Of a stretch of DNA of 50,995 bases, positions 8,989 to 18,654 are shown in pieces (positions within the stretch are counted from its first letter, which is position 1; every line of letters begins with the position of its first letter). Where the stretch lies: assembly GCA_937937315.1 (NCBI GenBank), contig CALDCK010000047.1:1-50995 (forward strand), written 5' to 3'. The position numbers and the translations under genes were made by a program. Origin of the DNA: an uncultured bacterium (GTDB lineage: Bacteria > Myxococcota_A > UBA9160 > SMWR01). The notes under the pieces were generated by a model. That model was not told the DNA's origin and did not search any database. It saw only the letters and a program-made list of their open reading frames with translations.

Positions 8989-10527
8989 TTGATCCGAACG
9001 CTGAAGAACGCGCTCGCGCTGAGTATGCTCCTGCTGGTGCTCGGCCTCGGCCTGGCCGGGGCGTCACGGGCCGACGACTACTTCGCGATCACGCGCGTCG
9101 ACAACGAGGGCCGCAGCGTGGCGGCGGAACTCGTCGATTTGAACGGGGACCGCCGCACCGACCTGTTCGTGGCGGCGTTGAGCGGGATTCCGCCCGAGGA
9201 GGAGCGCGTACTTCGCGTCTACCTCCAGGGAGAGGACGGGAAGCTCCCCGCCAAGCCCGACCACCTCATTCCGATTCCCGAGTGGAGCGCCGTCTACGAC
9301 GTGGCCGACGTGCGACCGGAGTCTCCCGGGGTGGAGATCGTGCTGCTGCGGCCCGAAGGAGTGACGATCCTGTCCCTGGCGAGCCCAGAAGGAAGGCGCT
9401 GGGACTTCGTCGCGCCCGGGCCGACCGCCGCGGGGCTGGCCGACGACGAGCGCGGCTTCGAGAGGTACCAGATCGTCTTCCGGGACTTCGGGGACGAGCC
9501 CTGGCTGATCGTCCCCCAGATCGGGCAGCTGACGGCGCTCACCCCCACCGGCGAGGTGCGGGCCCAGATGGCCATTCCGCGGCGTGCCAACTACTTCATC
9601 ATTCCGACGACCGGACTGCTCTCCCTCGAGAGCGACTTCCAGGTCTTCGTCGACATGCCCAAGACCACCTTCGGCGACGTCGACGGTGACGGTCGGGTCG
9701 ACGTCGTGTCGTCGACCCGCCACGAGATCCGCGTCTTCCTGCGCGCCGAGGACGGCAGCTACCCCCGGGAGCCGAGCCGCCGACTGGCACTGAGGCTGGT
9801 CACGCCCCGCGACCACATCCGAGGATCCGGAGGTGTGGGGTGCGAGGCTCGTGACATCGACGGCGATGGGCGGCTCGATCTGCTCATCACTCACGCGCAG
9901 GGAAGCATTCGCGACGCCACGTCGACCACCTATCTCTACTTGAACCACGGCGGTGGCTGGGATCTCGGCAAGCCGGATCAGGTGATGGGCCCCAGAAAGA
10001 CCGTTGGCTCGAATGCGCTCTTCGACCTGAATCGCGACGGCACCCGCGAGCTGATCCAGGCAGAGATCTCGTTCAGTCTGCTCGAGTTCGTCGAGCTGCT
10101 GCTGAGTCAGGAGCTGGACGCGACGCTCTCGGTCTACGGCTACGAGGAGGGCGTCGGCTTTGGCGACAAGCCCCGCGCGAAAAGGCGCTTCTCGGTCCCG
10201 TTCTCCTTCGACACCTTTCGACTCGAGGGCTTCGTCCCCAGTGCCGAGGTCGACATCAACGGCGACGGCTTCCTCGACTTCGTCGCGTCGGGAGGTGGCG
10301 AGGAGCTCGAGATCTACCGGGGCGACGACGACAGCCCCTTCGCCGACCGGGTGGGTGATCAAAAGCTCGATACGGCGGGGGTGATCCGCTTCGGCGACCT
10401 GGACTCCGACGGGCTCGTCGACTTCGTGATCTTCGACCCCCACAACTTCGACGTGCCGGTACGCCTGGGGCGAAATCTTGGGATGCTGCCGGGAACGCCC
10501 TCCGGACTGACCGCGCGACCCGAGTAG
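8989..10527 (+). CDS. Secreted FG-GAP/VCBS repeat beta-propeller protein
   Basis: Signal peptide; repeated DLNGDRRTD, DVDGDGRVD, DIDGDGRLD, DLNRDGTRE, DINGDGFLD, DLDSDGLVD Ca-binding motifs. Confidence 0.88.
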   Translation: MIRTLKNALALSMLLLVLGLGLAGASRADDYFAITRVDNEGRSVAAELVDLNGDRRTDLFVAALSGIPPEEERVLRVYLQGEDGKLPAKPDHLIPIPEWSAVYDVADVRPESPGVEIVLLRPEGVTILSLASPEGRRWDFVAPGPTAAGLADDERGFERYQIVFRDFGDEPWLIVPQIGQLTALTPTGEVRAQMAIPRRANYFIIPTTGLLSLESDFQVFVDMPKTTFGDVDGDGRVDVVSSTRHEIRVFLRAEDGSYPREPSRRLALRLVTPRDHIRGSGGVGCEARDIDGDGRLDLLITHAQGSIRDATSTTYLYLNHGGGWDLGKPDQVMGPRKTVGSNALFDLNRDGTRELIQAEISFSLLEFVELLLSQELDATLSVYGYEEGVGFGDKPRAKRRFSVPFSFDTFRLEGFVPSAEVDINGDGFLDFVASGGGEELEIYRGDDDSPFADRVGDQKLDTAGVIRFGDLDSDGLVDFVIFDPHNFDVPVRLGRNLGMLPGTPSGLTARPE

Positions 10528-10551
10528 CGGCCCGCGTCGGCCGCGGGCCGC
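10527..10551 (+). terminator. GC-rich hairpin just after the FG-GAP stop, no U-tract
   Basis: gcggcccgcg-tcggc-cgcgggccgc, 10-bp stem. Confidence 0.45.
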
Positions 10552-10826
10552 GCTACGGATACGCAGCTGCGAGGTCAGCCCGACACCCAGGCGCCGCCAG
10601 CTCTTCGCCGCCACTCACGAACCTCATCGCAAGTTGCCGACGGATGTGGCGCGAATCGCCTCGCTCCGAGGCCGGACCGGGGCCCGACGCCCCGTTCGCC
10701 CCTCGCCGAGCCGGCGTCGTCGTGGCTCCGCAGCCGCTGCGGCACCTCCGGGTTGGCGCGGCGATTGCTCTTCATCCCCGTCGAACCCCTCGAACATCAG
10801 TGAGTGGGAGACCGGGAGGCAGAGCC

Positions 10827-12503
10827 GTGACGACACTGGACGGAGGCGCGCTCGTCGGGCTGGCGCTGGCGAGCGAGGGCGTCGAACGGGCGTTCCTGCT
10901 CTGCGGCGGCCACATCATGCCGGCCCTCTACGGCATGCGGAACGCTGGGATCGAGATCATCGACGTGCGCCACGAGTGCTCGGCGCTGTACGCGGCCATC
11001 GCCTATACGCGGGCGACCGGGAAGATCGCCGCAGTCATGACGACCGCGGGGCCTGGCGTCGGCAACACGGCCACCGGGATGATGGAGGCCGCCTCCATGA
11101 GCATTCCGGTCGTGCACATCGGCGGCGCCGTATCGCTCGCCATGCGCGACGCCGGCGACCTCCAGGACATGTCGACCCTGACGCTGATGGAGTCCGTGTC
11201 GAAGTGGGCGCGGAAGGTGACGCTGGTCGAGCGGATTCCCGAGTACGTCTCGATGGCGTTCCGGCACGCGACGGATGCGAGCCCCGGCCCGGTCTATCTC
11301 GAGATCCCCACGGATCTCCTCTTCAAGCAGGTGGACGAGGCGGAGGTGCGGATGGCGCAGCCGGGCACGAATCGCGCTCTGCCGGCCGGAGAGTCGTCCC
11401 TCGTCGACGCGGCTGCAGCGCTGCTCGTCGATGCGAAGCGGCCGGCGATGCTCTTCGACGAAGGTGCGCGTGCGACCCTCGGCTCCTACGCCGGCGCCGT
11501 GACCGAGCTTTCCGACTATCTGAAGATGCCGGTCGGGATCGCGGGCTCCGGCTGTCGTGGCGCGTTCGGCGATGAGTCGAGCAACCGCCTGCTCAAGACC
11601 AACGCGATCGGCGGTGCGGACGTGGTCCTGACGATGGGGTGCCGCTTCGACTTCCGGCTGGGCTCGGGCCGCTTCATTCCGAAGGACGCGAAGATCATCC
11701 AGGTCCACACCGACACGCCGCAGATCGGGTTCAACGTCCGGGCGGACGTCGCGATTGCCGGCGGCGCGGGGCCGGTCGCCCGGCAGCTCCTCGATGCCGT
11801 CAAGACGAGGCGGGACCCCTTGGAGGGGGACTCCTGGGTCGGACCTGTGAGCCCCACCACGACCGCGGATCTTCCCGCCGACTTCCACGACGCCAAGGGG
11901 CCGATCCATCCCGCCCGCTGTGCGGGCGAGGTGGCGAAGTTCCTCGAGGCCGAGGGTCGCAACTGGTCTCTGGTGATGGATGGCGGCGAGGCGTCCGTGT
12001 GGATGGGCGTTGCGGCCACGGCCTACCAGCCGGGTCAGCTCCATGCGACGGGCCCGAACGGCACCATCGGTACCGGCCCCGGCCTGGTCATCGGCGCCTG
12101 GGCGGCAAACCGCGAGCCCGTGCTCTGGTACACGGGCGATGGCAGCTTCGGCTTCTACGCGATGGAGATGGACACGATGGCGCGACTCGGGATTCCCGTG
12201 GTCTGCGTGATCTCGAACGACTCGAGCTGGGGCATGATCAGCCTGGTCGAGAAGTACGTCCGGCCCGACGAGATCGAGCAGCGCGGATCCTGCAATACGG
12301 ACCTGCATCCCATGCGCGCCTACGAGAGGATGGTCGACATGTGGGACGGCTACGGCGAGCAGGTCACGGACCCGGAGAAGATCCTTCCGGCGATCCAGCG
12401 CGCCGCCGCCAACGGTCGACCCTCGATCGTCAACGTCCAGGTCGACAACGAGAGCCTGTCTCCGTTCATCGCGCCCTACGCGCAGATGATGAAGGGGGAG
12501 TGA
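10827..12503 (+). CDS. Thiamine diphosphate-dependent enzyme (acetolactate synthase-like; 2-hydroxyacyl-CoA lyase/benzaldehyde lyase-like)
   Basis: LCGGHI, DVRHE, TAGPG, PGPVYLEIP, GDGSFGF...ISND ThDP motif; GTG start after GGGAGG. Confidence 0.9.
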   Translation: MTTLDGGALVGLALASEGVERAFLLCGGHIMPALYGMRNAGIEIIDVRHECSALYAAIAYTRATGKIAAVMTTAGPGVGNTATGMMEAASMSIPVVHIGGAVSLAMRDAGDLQDMSTLTLMESVSKWARKVTLVERIPEYVSMAFRHATDASPGPVYLEIPTDLLFKQVDEAEVRMAQPGTNRALPAGESSLVDAAAALLVDAKRPAMLFDEGARATLGSYAGAVTELSDYLKMPVGIAGSGCRGAFGDESSNRLLKTNAIGGADVVLTMGCRFDFRLGSGRFIPKDAKIIQVHTDTPQIGFNVRADVAIAGGAGPVARQLLDAVKTRRDPLEGDSWVGPVSPTTTADLPADFHDAKGPIHPARCAGEVAKFLEAEGRNWSLVMDGGEASVWMGVAATAYQPGQLHATGPNGTIGTGPGLVIGAWAANREPVLWYTGDGSFGFYAMEMDTMARLGIPVVCVISNDSSWGMISLVEKYVRPDEIEQRGSCNTDLHPMRAYERMVDMWDGYGEQVTDPEKILPAIQRAAANGRPSIVNVQVDNESLSPFIAPYAQMMKGE

Positions 12504-12553
12504 TCGCCTCGGAGCCGACCGGATGGGCGGCAGAGTGAGGGGAGGAGCCGGCG

Positions 12554-13384
12554 ATGGTAGAGGGCAAGGCTGCCTTCATCACGGGCGCCGCGAGCGGCAT
12601 CGGCCGCGCAACGGCGGAGCTGTTCGCAGAGCAGGGCTTCTGGATCGGCGCCGCAGACCGCAATGTGGCTGGCCTCGAGGCTCTGCGCGCGGAGCTGGGC
12701 AGGGACCGATGCCGGACCTGGCGACTCGACGTGGCCGACAAGGCCGCCTACGACGAGGTCATCGGCGAGGTCGCCGAGGAGACGGGCGGACGCCTCGATC
12801 TGCTCTTCAACAACGCCGGGATCGCCGTCGCGGGCTTCTTCGAGGACATCCCGATCGAAGAGACCCGGAGAGTCATCGAGGTGAACCTCGGCGGCGTGAT
12901 CAACGGCATCTACGCCGCGCTTCCGCTGCTCAAGGAGACACCCGGATCCCTGTGCTTCAGCACGTCCTCCTCGGCGGCGACCTTCGGCGCGCCGGGGCTG
13001 GCCGTCTATACCGCGACGAAGTTCGCGGTGAAGGGGCTGACCGAGGCTCTGGCCGTCGAGCTGTCGCGCTGCGGCGTGCGGGTGGCCGACGTGCTGCCCG
13101 GCGTCATCGACACGGCCATCTTCGGAGACTCGCCGATCTACGTCGAGGGCCAGAAGCTGCCAGACGAGCTCCGTCCGGCGGCTCCTCCGGCTGCGGACAG
13201 CGGCGCTTTCCGTCTGGTATCGCCGCGGCCCGTCGCGGAGGCGGTGTGGCGCTGCTATGCGGGCGACCCCCGGATGCACTGGTACGTGCCGGTCGAGATC
13301 GAGGACATCGAGCGGGAGAAGACGGCCTCACCGGAGGCGATGCGCGATGCCCGGATCGCGTCGTCGGGTGCCGGCTCCGACTGA
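12554..13384 (+). CDS. SDR family oxidoreductase
   Basis: ITGAASGIG, NNAG, YTATK; RBS GGAGGAG. Confidence 0.93.
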   Translation: MVEGKAAFITGAASGIGRATAELFAEQGFWIGAADRNVAGLEALRAELGRDRCRTWRLDVADKAAYDEVIGEVAEETGGRLDLLFNNAGIAVAGFFEDIPIEETRRVIEVNLGGVINGIYAALPLLKETPGSLCFSTSSSAATFGAPGLAVYTATKFAVKGLTEALAVELSRCGVRVADVLPGVIDTAIFGDSPIYVEGQKLPDELRPAAPPAADSGAFRLVSPRPVAEAVWRCYAGDPRMHWYVPVEIEDIEREKTASPEAMRDARIASSGAGSD

Positions 13385-13488
13385 CCCACGACGCCGAGGG
13401 CAAGGCTGCCTGATCCATCGGAGCTCCGGTGTCCGGTCGATCGATTTGATGGTAGGTTGCGGAATCGAGGGCACTGGAGAACCGGGCC

Positions 13489-14874
13489 ATGAATCGTATA
13501 CGGCTCCCGGCGTGGATCGCGGTCGGCCTGGTCGCATTGTCGTCCATGGGATGCGCGACGTGGCGGGCGAGCAACCCGGCCATCGATCGGGTCGATCCCA
13601 ACGCCGGCTACCGGCCCAGAACCGCTCTCGAGAAACACGAGCTGGGCGAGCTAGCCCTGGTCGTGTCCCTCTCCGGCGGCGGCACCCGCGCCGCAGCGAT
13701 GGCCTACGGAGTGCTCGAGGAGCTTCGCGACACGGAGATCGAGGTCGATGGCACGATGAGGCGGCTCCTCGACGAGGTCGACGTCATCAGCTCGGTCTCC
13801 GGTGGCAGCTTCACCTCGGCGTACTTCGGCCTCTACGGCGACCGGCTCTTCGAGGACTTCGACGAGCGTTTCCTCAAGAGGAACGTCGAGCGCGACCTGC
13901 TGCTTCGGATGTTCAATCCGAAGAACTTCTTCCGGCTGATGTTCCCCTTCTTCGATCGCAGCTCGCTGACGATCGACTACTACGACGAGACGATCTTCGA
14001 CGGGGCGCGCTTCACCGACTTGGAGGCGGCGGGCGGACCGCTGATCGAGATCAACTCCACCGACCTGTCTGCCGGATCCCGATTCACCTTCATCCAGGAC
14101 CAGTTCGATCTGATCTGCTCGGACCTCTCGGTGGAGAAGGTCGCGCGTGCCGTGACGGCCTCTTCCGCGGTGCCCGTCGTCTTCCCCGCGATCACCCTCG
14201 CGAACCGGGCCGGGACCTGCGGATTCGAGAAGCCCGAGTGGATGGCGAAGGCACTCGCCAGCCCCCGCCAGGATCCCCGCCGATTCCAGGTCGCCACGGA
14301 GACCGCCGCCTACCTCGACCGCAAGGAGACCCCCTACGTCCATCTGGTGGACGGTGGCATCGCCGACAACCTGGGCGTTCGCGGTCCCCTCGACCAGGTG
14401 ATCGGCGGAGGAGGGATCGTCAAACGCTTCAAGGCCCTGGAGTTGAACCGCCCCCATCACATCGGCTTCATCGTGGTGGATGCCTCCACCGTACCCGACC
14501 GCGGGTTCGTCTCCGTGCCGGGCGCCCCCTCGATCTCCGCGCTGCTGGGCTCCGTCACGGACACCCAGCTCCATCGCTACAACTTCGAGACGCTGGCGCT
14601 TCTCGACGAGAGCATGAACCGCATGGGGCGGGAGCTCTCCACGGAGAGCCAGCCGGTGTACCCGCATCTCATCCGGGTGGCGGAGTACGCGATCGAGGAC
14701 CCGGACGATCTCGAGTTCTTCAACAACGTCCCGACGGCGCTCAGCCTCGACCCGGAGGACGTGGATCGACTGGTCCGGATCGCCCGGGAGCTCCTGCGGG
14801 CATCTCCGGAGTTCCAGCACATGGTCACCGAGCTGAAGGGGACGCTCCACCAGGAGGCAGCCGGGGGAAAGTAG
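13489..14874 (+). CDS. Patatin-like phospholipase, probable lipoprotein
   Basis: SGGGTRA oxyanion loop, SSVSGGS nucleophile elbow, ASSAVP, DGG; hydrophobic leader ending in SMGC. Confidence 0.88.
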   Translation: MNRIRLPAWIAVGLVALSSMGCATWRASNPAIDRVDPNAGYRPRTALEKHELGELALVVSLSGGGTRAAAMAYGVLEELRDTEIEVDGTMRRLLDEVDVISSVSGGSFTSAYFGLYGDRLFEDFDERFLKRNVERDLLLRMFNPKNFFRLMFPFFDRSSLTIDYYDETIFDGARFTDLEAAGGPLIEINSTDLSAGSRFTFIQDQFDLICSDLSVEKVARAVTASSAVPVVFPAITLANRAGTCGFEKPEWMAKALASPRQDPRRFQVATETAAYLDRKETPYVHLVDGGIADNLGVRGPLDQVIGGGGIVKRFKALELNRPHHIGFIVVDASTVPDRGFVSVPGAPSISALLGSVTDTQLHRYNFETLALLDESMNRMGRELSTESQPVYPHLIRVAEYAIEDPDDLEFFNNVPTALSLDPEDVDRLVRIARELLRASPEFQHMVTELKGTLHQEAAGGK

Positions 14875-14948
14875 GGGACGCGGGGCACAGCGACCGGGCC
14901 AGAGCGCCCGAGCGCAATAGGCCCCGGGCCGTGCCCGCGCCCGTCCCC
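14874..14948. terminator. Imperfect long inverted repeat between convergent genes
   Basis: ggggacgcggggcac ... gtgcccgcgcccgtcccc. Confidence 0.35.
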
Positions 14949-14970
14949 GAGTCGGAGCCGAAGGAGTGCC

Positions 14971-15831
14971 TCAGGCTGCGAGCGCCTCGAGGAGCTTCCA
15001 GTGGGGCCCGGAGCCCTCCGGGTTGTAGGCGCTCACCGCGATGTGGGATGCGCCGGCCGCCTCGTACTCGTCGATTCGGCTGCGGATTGCCGCCTCGTCG
15101 CCGGATGCCACCAGCATGTCGATCAAGCGATCGCTCCCGCCGTCGCCCCAGTCGGAGTCCTCGAAGCCCCAGTTTCGCCACTCCTTCTGGTAGGCCGGGA
15201 GCGGCATGTAGATGCTGAGGGCCCGGCGGGCGATCTTTCGCACGCGCTCGGGGTCGTCACAGAGGCAACACGGGAGGACGACGTTGAGGCGCTTCTCCGG
15301 CCCGAGGATCTCGCGGGCCCGCTTCGTGTGGGCCGGAGGCAGCAGGTAGGTGTTCGCCCCGTCGAGGCGCTGGGCGACGAGCTCGAGCAGCCGGGGACCG
15401 TTCGCGGCCAGCCAGATCGGCGCCGGCCCAGAGGGCGGTGGCGAGTCGACGCGCGTCGCCTCCATCGCGTCCAGGTACTCCCGCATCTTGCGAAGTGGCG
15501 GCAGCCATTCGAGCCCGTGCAGAGCCGCCATGGGCGGGTGGGAGACGCCGAGGCCGAGAACGAAGCGGCCATCGGAGAGCTCGGCCAGTGCATGACGGTT
15601 CTGGGCAGCCACGATCGGGTCGTGGGAGTAGACGTTCGCGATCCCGGTCGCGATCGTGAGGCGCTCGGTCCGGGCGAGGAGATGAGCCGCCGTGGTGTAG
15701 GGATCGCGGCCCGTGAACTCGGTGACCCAGAGCGAATCGTAGTCGAGCTCTTCGATCCGGCGCGCGAACTGGTCGAGCTCGCCAACCGGAAGCCCGTCGG
15801 TGTAGCAGATGATGCTGGGTCGGTTCTTCAT
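14971..15831 (-). CDS. LLM class oxidoreductase, probably F420-dependent
   Basis: YDSLWVTE, IATGIANVY, GRFVLGLGVSH, LAANGPR. Confidence 0.88.
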   Translation of the reverse strand: MKNRPSIICYTDGLPVGELDQFARRIEELDYDSLWVTEFTGRDPYTTAAHLLARTERLTIATGIANVYSHDPIVAAQNRHALAELSDGRFVLGLGVSHPPMAALHGLEWLPPLRKMREYLDAMEATRVDSPPPSGPAPIWLAANGPRLLELVAQRLDGANTYLLPPAHTKRAREILGPEKRLNVVLPCCLCDDPERVRKIARRALSIYMPLPAYQKEWRNWGFEDSDWGDGGSDRLIDMLVASGDEAAIRSRIDEYEAAGASHIAVSAYNPEGSGPHWKLLEALAA

Positions 15832-15862
15832 ACTGGCAGGTGCTCCTTCGTCGCGGCGCAGG

Positions 15863-16543
15863 TCAAGGCCCGCTCTGGTAGACCTCTTCGTGCGTCAGCG
15901 GCTGGTCATCGGGCGTCGGCTCGTCGCGATAGCGGATGTGGCGGGCGGGGATCCCGGCGACGATCGAGTAGGGCTCCGTGTCCTTGGTGACGATGGCTCC
16001 GGAGCTGACGACGGTCCCCGTCGCGACGCGAACTCCGGCGAGCACCACGGAGTTCGCGCAGATCATGCAGTCGTCGCCGATGAAAGTGGGGGCAAGGCGA
16101 TGACCCTGCTCGCTGATGGGGCGCAGGCGTGACTCGTAGTTGTGGTTGTGCGAGACGACGACGGTGTTCGGCCCGATCAGCACTCCGTCGCCGATGGTCA
16201 GACCCCCTCGCCCGCTGACGTAGGCCATGGAATTGATGGAGAGGGAACGACCGGCGCTGATCCCGTGGCAGTGGTCGATGTAGGCCCCCTGGTAGATGAA
16301 GGCGAACCCGTCCAGCTTCTTGAAGAGGCCTCTGTAGAGGAGTGAGCGGAGAGCGAGCCCTTCTGCGCCGGGAATCGAGCGGAGGAGCGTGCCGAGATAC
16401 TGCTCGGCGAGGATTCCGAAGACCTCGCGGAGAGAGTGCTCGCGGAAGTAGTTCCGGATGATGGTGAGTGCCCGGGCGCCGGTGCTGCCCGACGATCGGG
16501 CAGCAGTCGTCTCGTCGCGATCAGCGGCTCCAGGAACCGGCAT
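15863..16543 (-). CDS. Hexapeptide-repeat (left-handed beta-helix) sugar O-acyltransferase
   Basis: LTIGDGVLIGP..SHNH, IGDDCMI, VTKDTEPYSIVAGIPAR; RBS AAGGAG. Confidence 0.88.
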   Translation of the reverse strand: MPVPGAADRDETTAARSSGSTGARALTIIRNYFREHSLREVFGILAEQYLGTLLRSIPGAEGLALRSLLYRGLFKKLDGFAFIYQGAYIDHCHGISAGRSLSINSMAYVSGRGGLTIGDGVLIGPNTVVVSHNHNYESRLRPISEQGHRLAPTFIGDDCMICANSVVLAGVRVATGTVVSSGAIVTKDTEPYSIVAGIPARHIRYRDEPTPDDQPLTHEEVYQSGP

Positions 16544-16734
16544 GCGGATCTCCTTCGAAGGCGAACAATCCTACGCGATGCGGGGGCAAGTCGGCACTCG
16601 CGCGGCGATCCCGGAGGCCGCTCGCCGATCGATCCCTTCTGCGGAGCGCGGGTGGGCTCCGATCCTGCGTCTCGTCTCCGGATTGCGCCGGCGCATGTCT
16701 CAGAGTACGTCCCCTCCTCCGCCGGGTTCAACGG

Positions 16735-16784
16735 CGGCGAGCCGACGCCCCCGAGGTCGGGGCTCGCCGGGCGCGTGGTATAAG
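16735..16784 (+). promoter_or_regulatory. Inverted repeat followed by extended -10-like TGGTATAAG upstream of the 16842 gene
   Basis: cggcgagcc...ggctcgccg (16735-16769), TGGTATAAG at 16776-16784. Confidence 0.4.
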
Positions 16785-16841
16785 GGCGGCTCGCTCCGCG
16801 CGGCAGCTACCGCTGCGACGTGCGGGGTTCCGGGAGGCGCC

Positions 16842-17642
16842 ATGGGTCGATTCAGGTTCGAGGATGACCACCGCTACATGATGCCGGCTCACTTCGGCGG
16901 GCTGAAGCATGTCACCACGACGACCACCTATCGGGACGTGACGAGTCTCGTCGTGCAGTACCGGACGGAAGTGGATGCCGTCGAGGCCTACGTGCCCGAA
17001 GCCCTCGAGGTCACGGAGCCGATGATTACGGTGGCCTTCGTCATGAATCGCGGCGTCGACTGGATGGCAGGCGGCGTCTACAACCTCGTGGCCGTGAACG
17101 TCCCGGTGCGCTTCGACGGCGAGGTCGATCACGTCGAGGGCGGCTTCTCCCTGGTCGTCTGGGAGAACAAGGTGGCGCCGATCCTGCCGGGGCGGGAGGC
17201 GACGGGCATTCCGAAGATCGGCGCCCAGATCGAGGAGGCCCGCTACCTGCCGGGGCGTTGGACGGCGGAGGCCGCCTACGAGGGCAACACCTTCCTCGAG
17301 ATGAGCCTCGAGGAGGGCGAAGATCTCTCGGCGGCGGACGTGGAGGCATGGAACGAGGAGAGTCGGAGGACCGACTGGCTCGGCTGGCGCTACATCCCCA
17401 ACGTCTCGGGCCCTGGCGCGGCGCTGAATCACGCCACCACCTATCCCCAGGGAAGCGTGGTCCGGAGTGTGAAGACCTGCACGGGGTCGATCGCCTGGAG
17501 GCCCCTCACCTGGCTCCAGGCACCGACCCAGGCCCACATCGTCGGTGCCCTGGCGGGTTTGCCGATCCTCGAGGTGACCGCCGCCTTCGTGACCCGGGGC
17601 GAGTCCGTCCTGATCGGCGACGAGGCCCGGGCTCTGCGCTAG
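16842..17642 (+). CDS. Acetoacetate decarboxylase-like family protein
   Basis: YMMPAHFG, PILPGREATGIPK (Schiff-base Lys motif), LAGLPILEV; RBS GGGAGG. Confidence 0.85.
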   Translation: MGRFRFEDDHRYMMPAHFGGLKHVTTTTTYRDVTSLVVQYRTEVDAVEAYVPEALEVTEPMITVAFVMNRGVDWMAGGVYNLVAVNVPVRFDGEVDHVEGGFSLVVWENKVAPILPGREATGIPKIGAQIEEARYLPGRWTAEAAYEGNTFLEMSLEEGEDLSAADVEAWNEESRRTDWLGWRYIPNVSGPGAALNHATTYPQGSVVRSVKTCTGSIAWRPLTWLQAPTQAHIVGALAGLPILEVTAAFVTRGESVLIGDEARALR

Positions 17643-17667
17643 CGGGCTCGACGGGCGCGGGCGGCGA

Positions 17668-17889
17668 TCAGCCGCACTGGATCAGGCACTCGTCGAGCTG
17701 TTCGTGGCACGCGGCCTCGCACTCGACGGGATTGGAGTGGGCGCCGCACTCGCTGACACAGGCGGCCTTCTGCTGGTAACAGGCGGTTCGGCAGGGGTCC
17801 CCATCGATCGCCTGGGCCCAGACGGCGAAGCTCCCGAGCGCTGCCGTGCAGGCGGTGGCGACCAGGATGACGAGAGCCGGCTTGTGCAT
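17668..17889 (-). CDS. Small secreted cysteine-rich protein (73 aa, four CX3C motifs)
   Basis: RBS GAGGTGG; signal peptide ending VWA-Q; CRTAC, CVSEC, CEAAC, CLIQC. Confidence 0.75.
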   Translation of the reverse strand: MHKPALVILVATACTAALGSFAVWAQAIDGDPCRTACYQQKAACVSECGAHSNPVECEAACHEQLDECLIQCG

Positions 17890-17984
17890 GGATCCACCTC
17901 GCGATCGCCCCAGGGGTGATGGGATCGGGGCCCCGTCATTCTTGCAAAGGCCCGATCGCGGGGCGATCGCCTCCGCCATAGAAT

Positions 17985-18025
17985 ATTACGATCGTATTGT
18001 AATAAAAATACAATCGTGTATTTTT
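17985..18025. promoter_or_regulatory. AT-rich twin palindromic operator/promoter upstream of TetR gene
   Basis: TACGATCGTA palindrome (17987-17996) and AAAAATAC-n6-GTATTTTT (18004-18025), with TACAAT -10-like hexamer. Confidence 0.7.
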
Positions 18026-18030
18026 GGTTC

Positions 18031-18654
18031 ATGCGATCCGAGAGCCACGGAGCCCGGCGGCGTCGTCAGATCGTCGCGACGGCGGTCGACCTGAGTACGG
18101 CCGAAGGGCTCGAGAGCCTGTCCCTGAGCCGCCTGGCGTCGGAGGTGGGCCTCAGCAAGCCCGGGGTGGCCGCTCACTTCGGCTCGAAGCAGGCGCTCCA
18201 GCTGGCCGTCGTGGACGCCGCGGCTGACGCCTACGCCGGGTTCCTCGCCGAGGCCCAGGAAGCCAGCGAGCCCGGGCTGGCGCGGCTGCGCGCCCTGGCG
18301 CGCGCCTGGCTCGATCACCTGGATGGGATCGACTATCGCGGCGGCTGCTTCTTCGCCGCCGCGGGTCACGACTTCAGCGGCCGCCCGGGAGCGGTTCGGG
18401 AAGCCGTCGCGCGCTACACGCGTCGGTTCGTCCACACCCTCGACGAGCAGGCGCGCCTGGCAGCTCGACTCGGGGAGCTTCGCCCTGGAGTCGACGCCGC
18501 TGCCCTGGCATTCTCGCTGCACGCTCTCGCCCAGGAGGCAAACCTGCGTCGCGAGCTTCTCGACGACGACGAGGCCTTTCCCCTGGCTCGTCGGGCCCTC
18601 GATCAGCTGCTCGATGGTGTCACCTCACCCCCCTCGAAGGAGAGCTCCCGATGA
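18031..18654 (+). CDS. TetR/AcrR family regulator
   Basis: HTH GLESLSLSRLASEVGLSKPGVAAHFGSKQAL; C-terminal GGCFF motif. Confidence 0.92.
   Translation: MRSESHGARRRRQIVATAVDLSTAEGLESLSLSRLASEVGLSKPGVAAHFGSKQALQLAVVDAAADAYAGFLAEAQEASEPGLARLRALARAWLDHLDGIDYRGGCFFAAAGHDFSGRPGAVREAVARYTRRFVHTLDEQARLAARLGELRPGVDAAALAFSLHALAQEANLRRELLDDDEAFPLARRALDQLLDGVTSPPSKESSR

Noticed and set aside
10575-10775. 66-aa minus-strand ORF in the FG-GAP/ThDP spacer
   Set aside because: No recognisable motif, weak RBS; cannot be supported without homology or expression data
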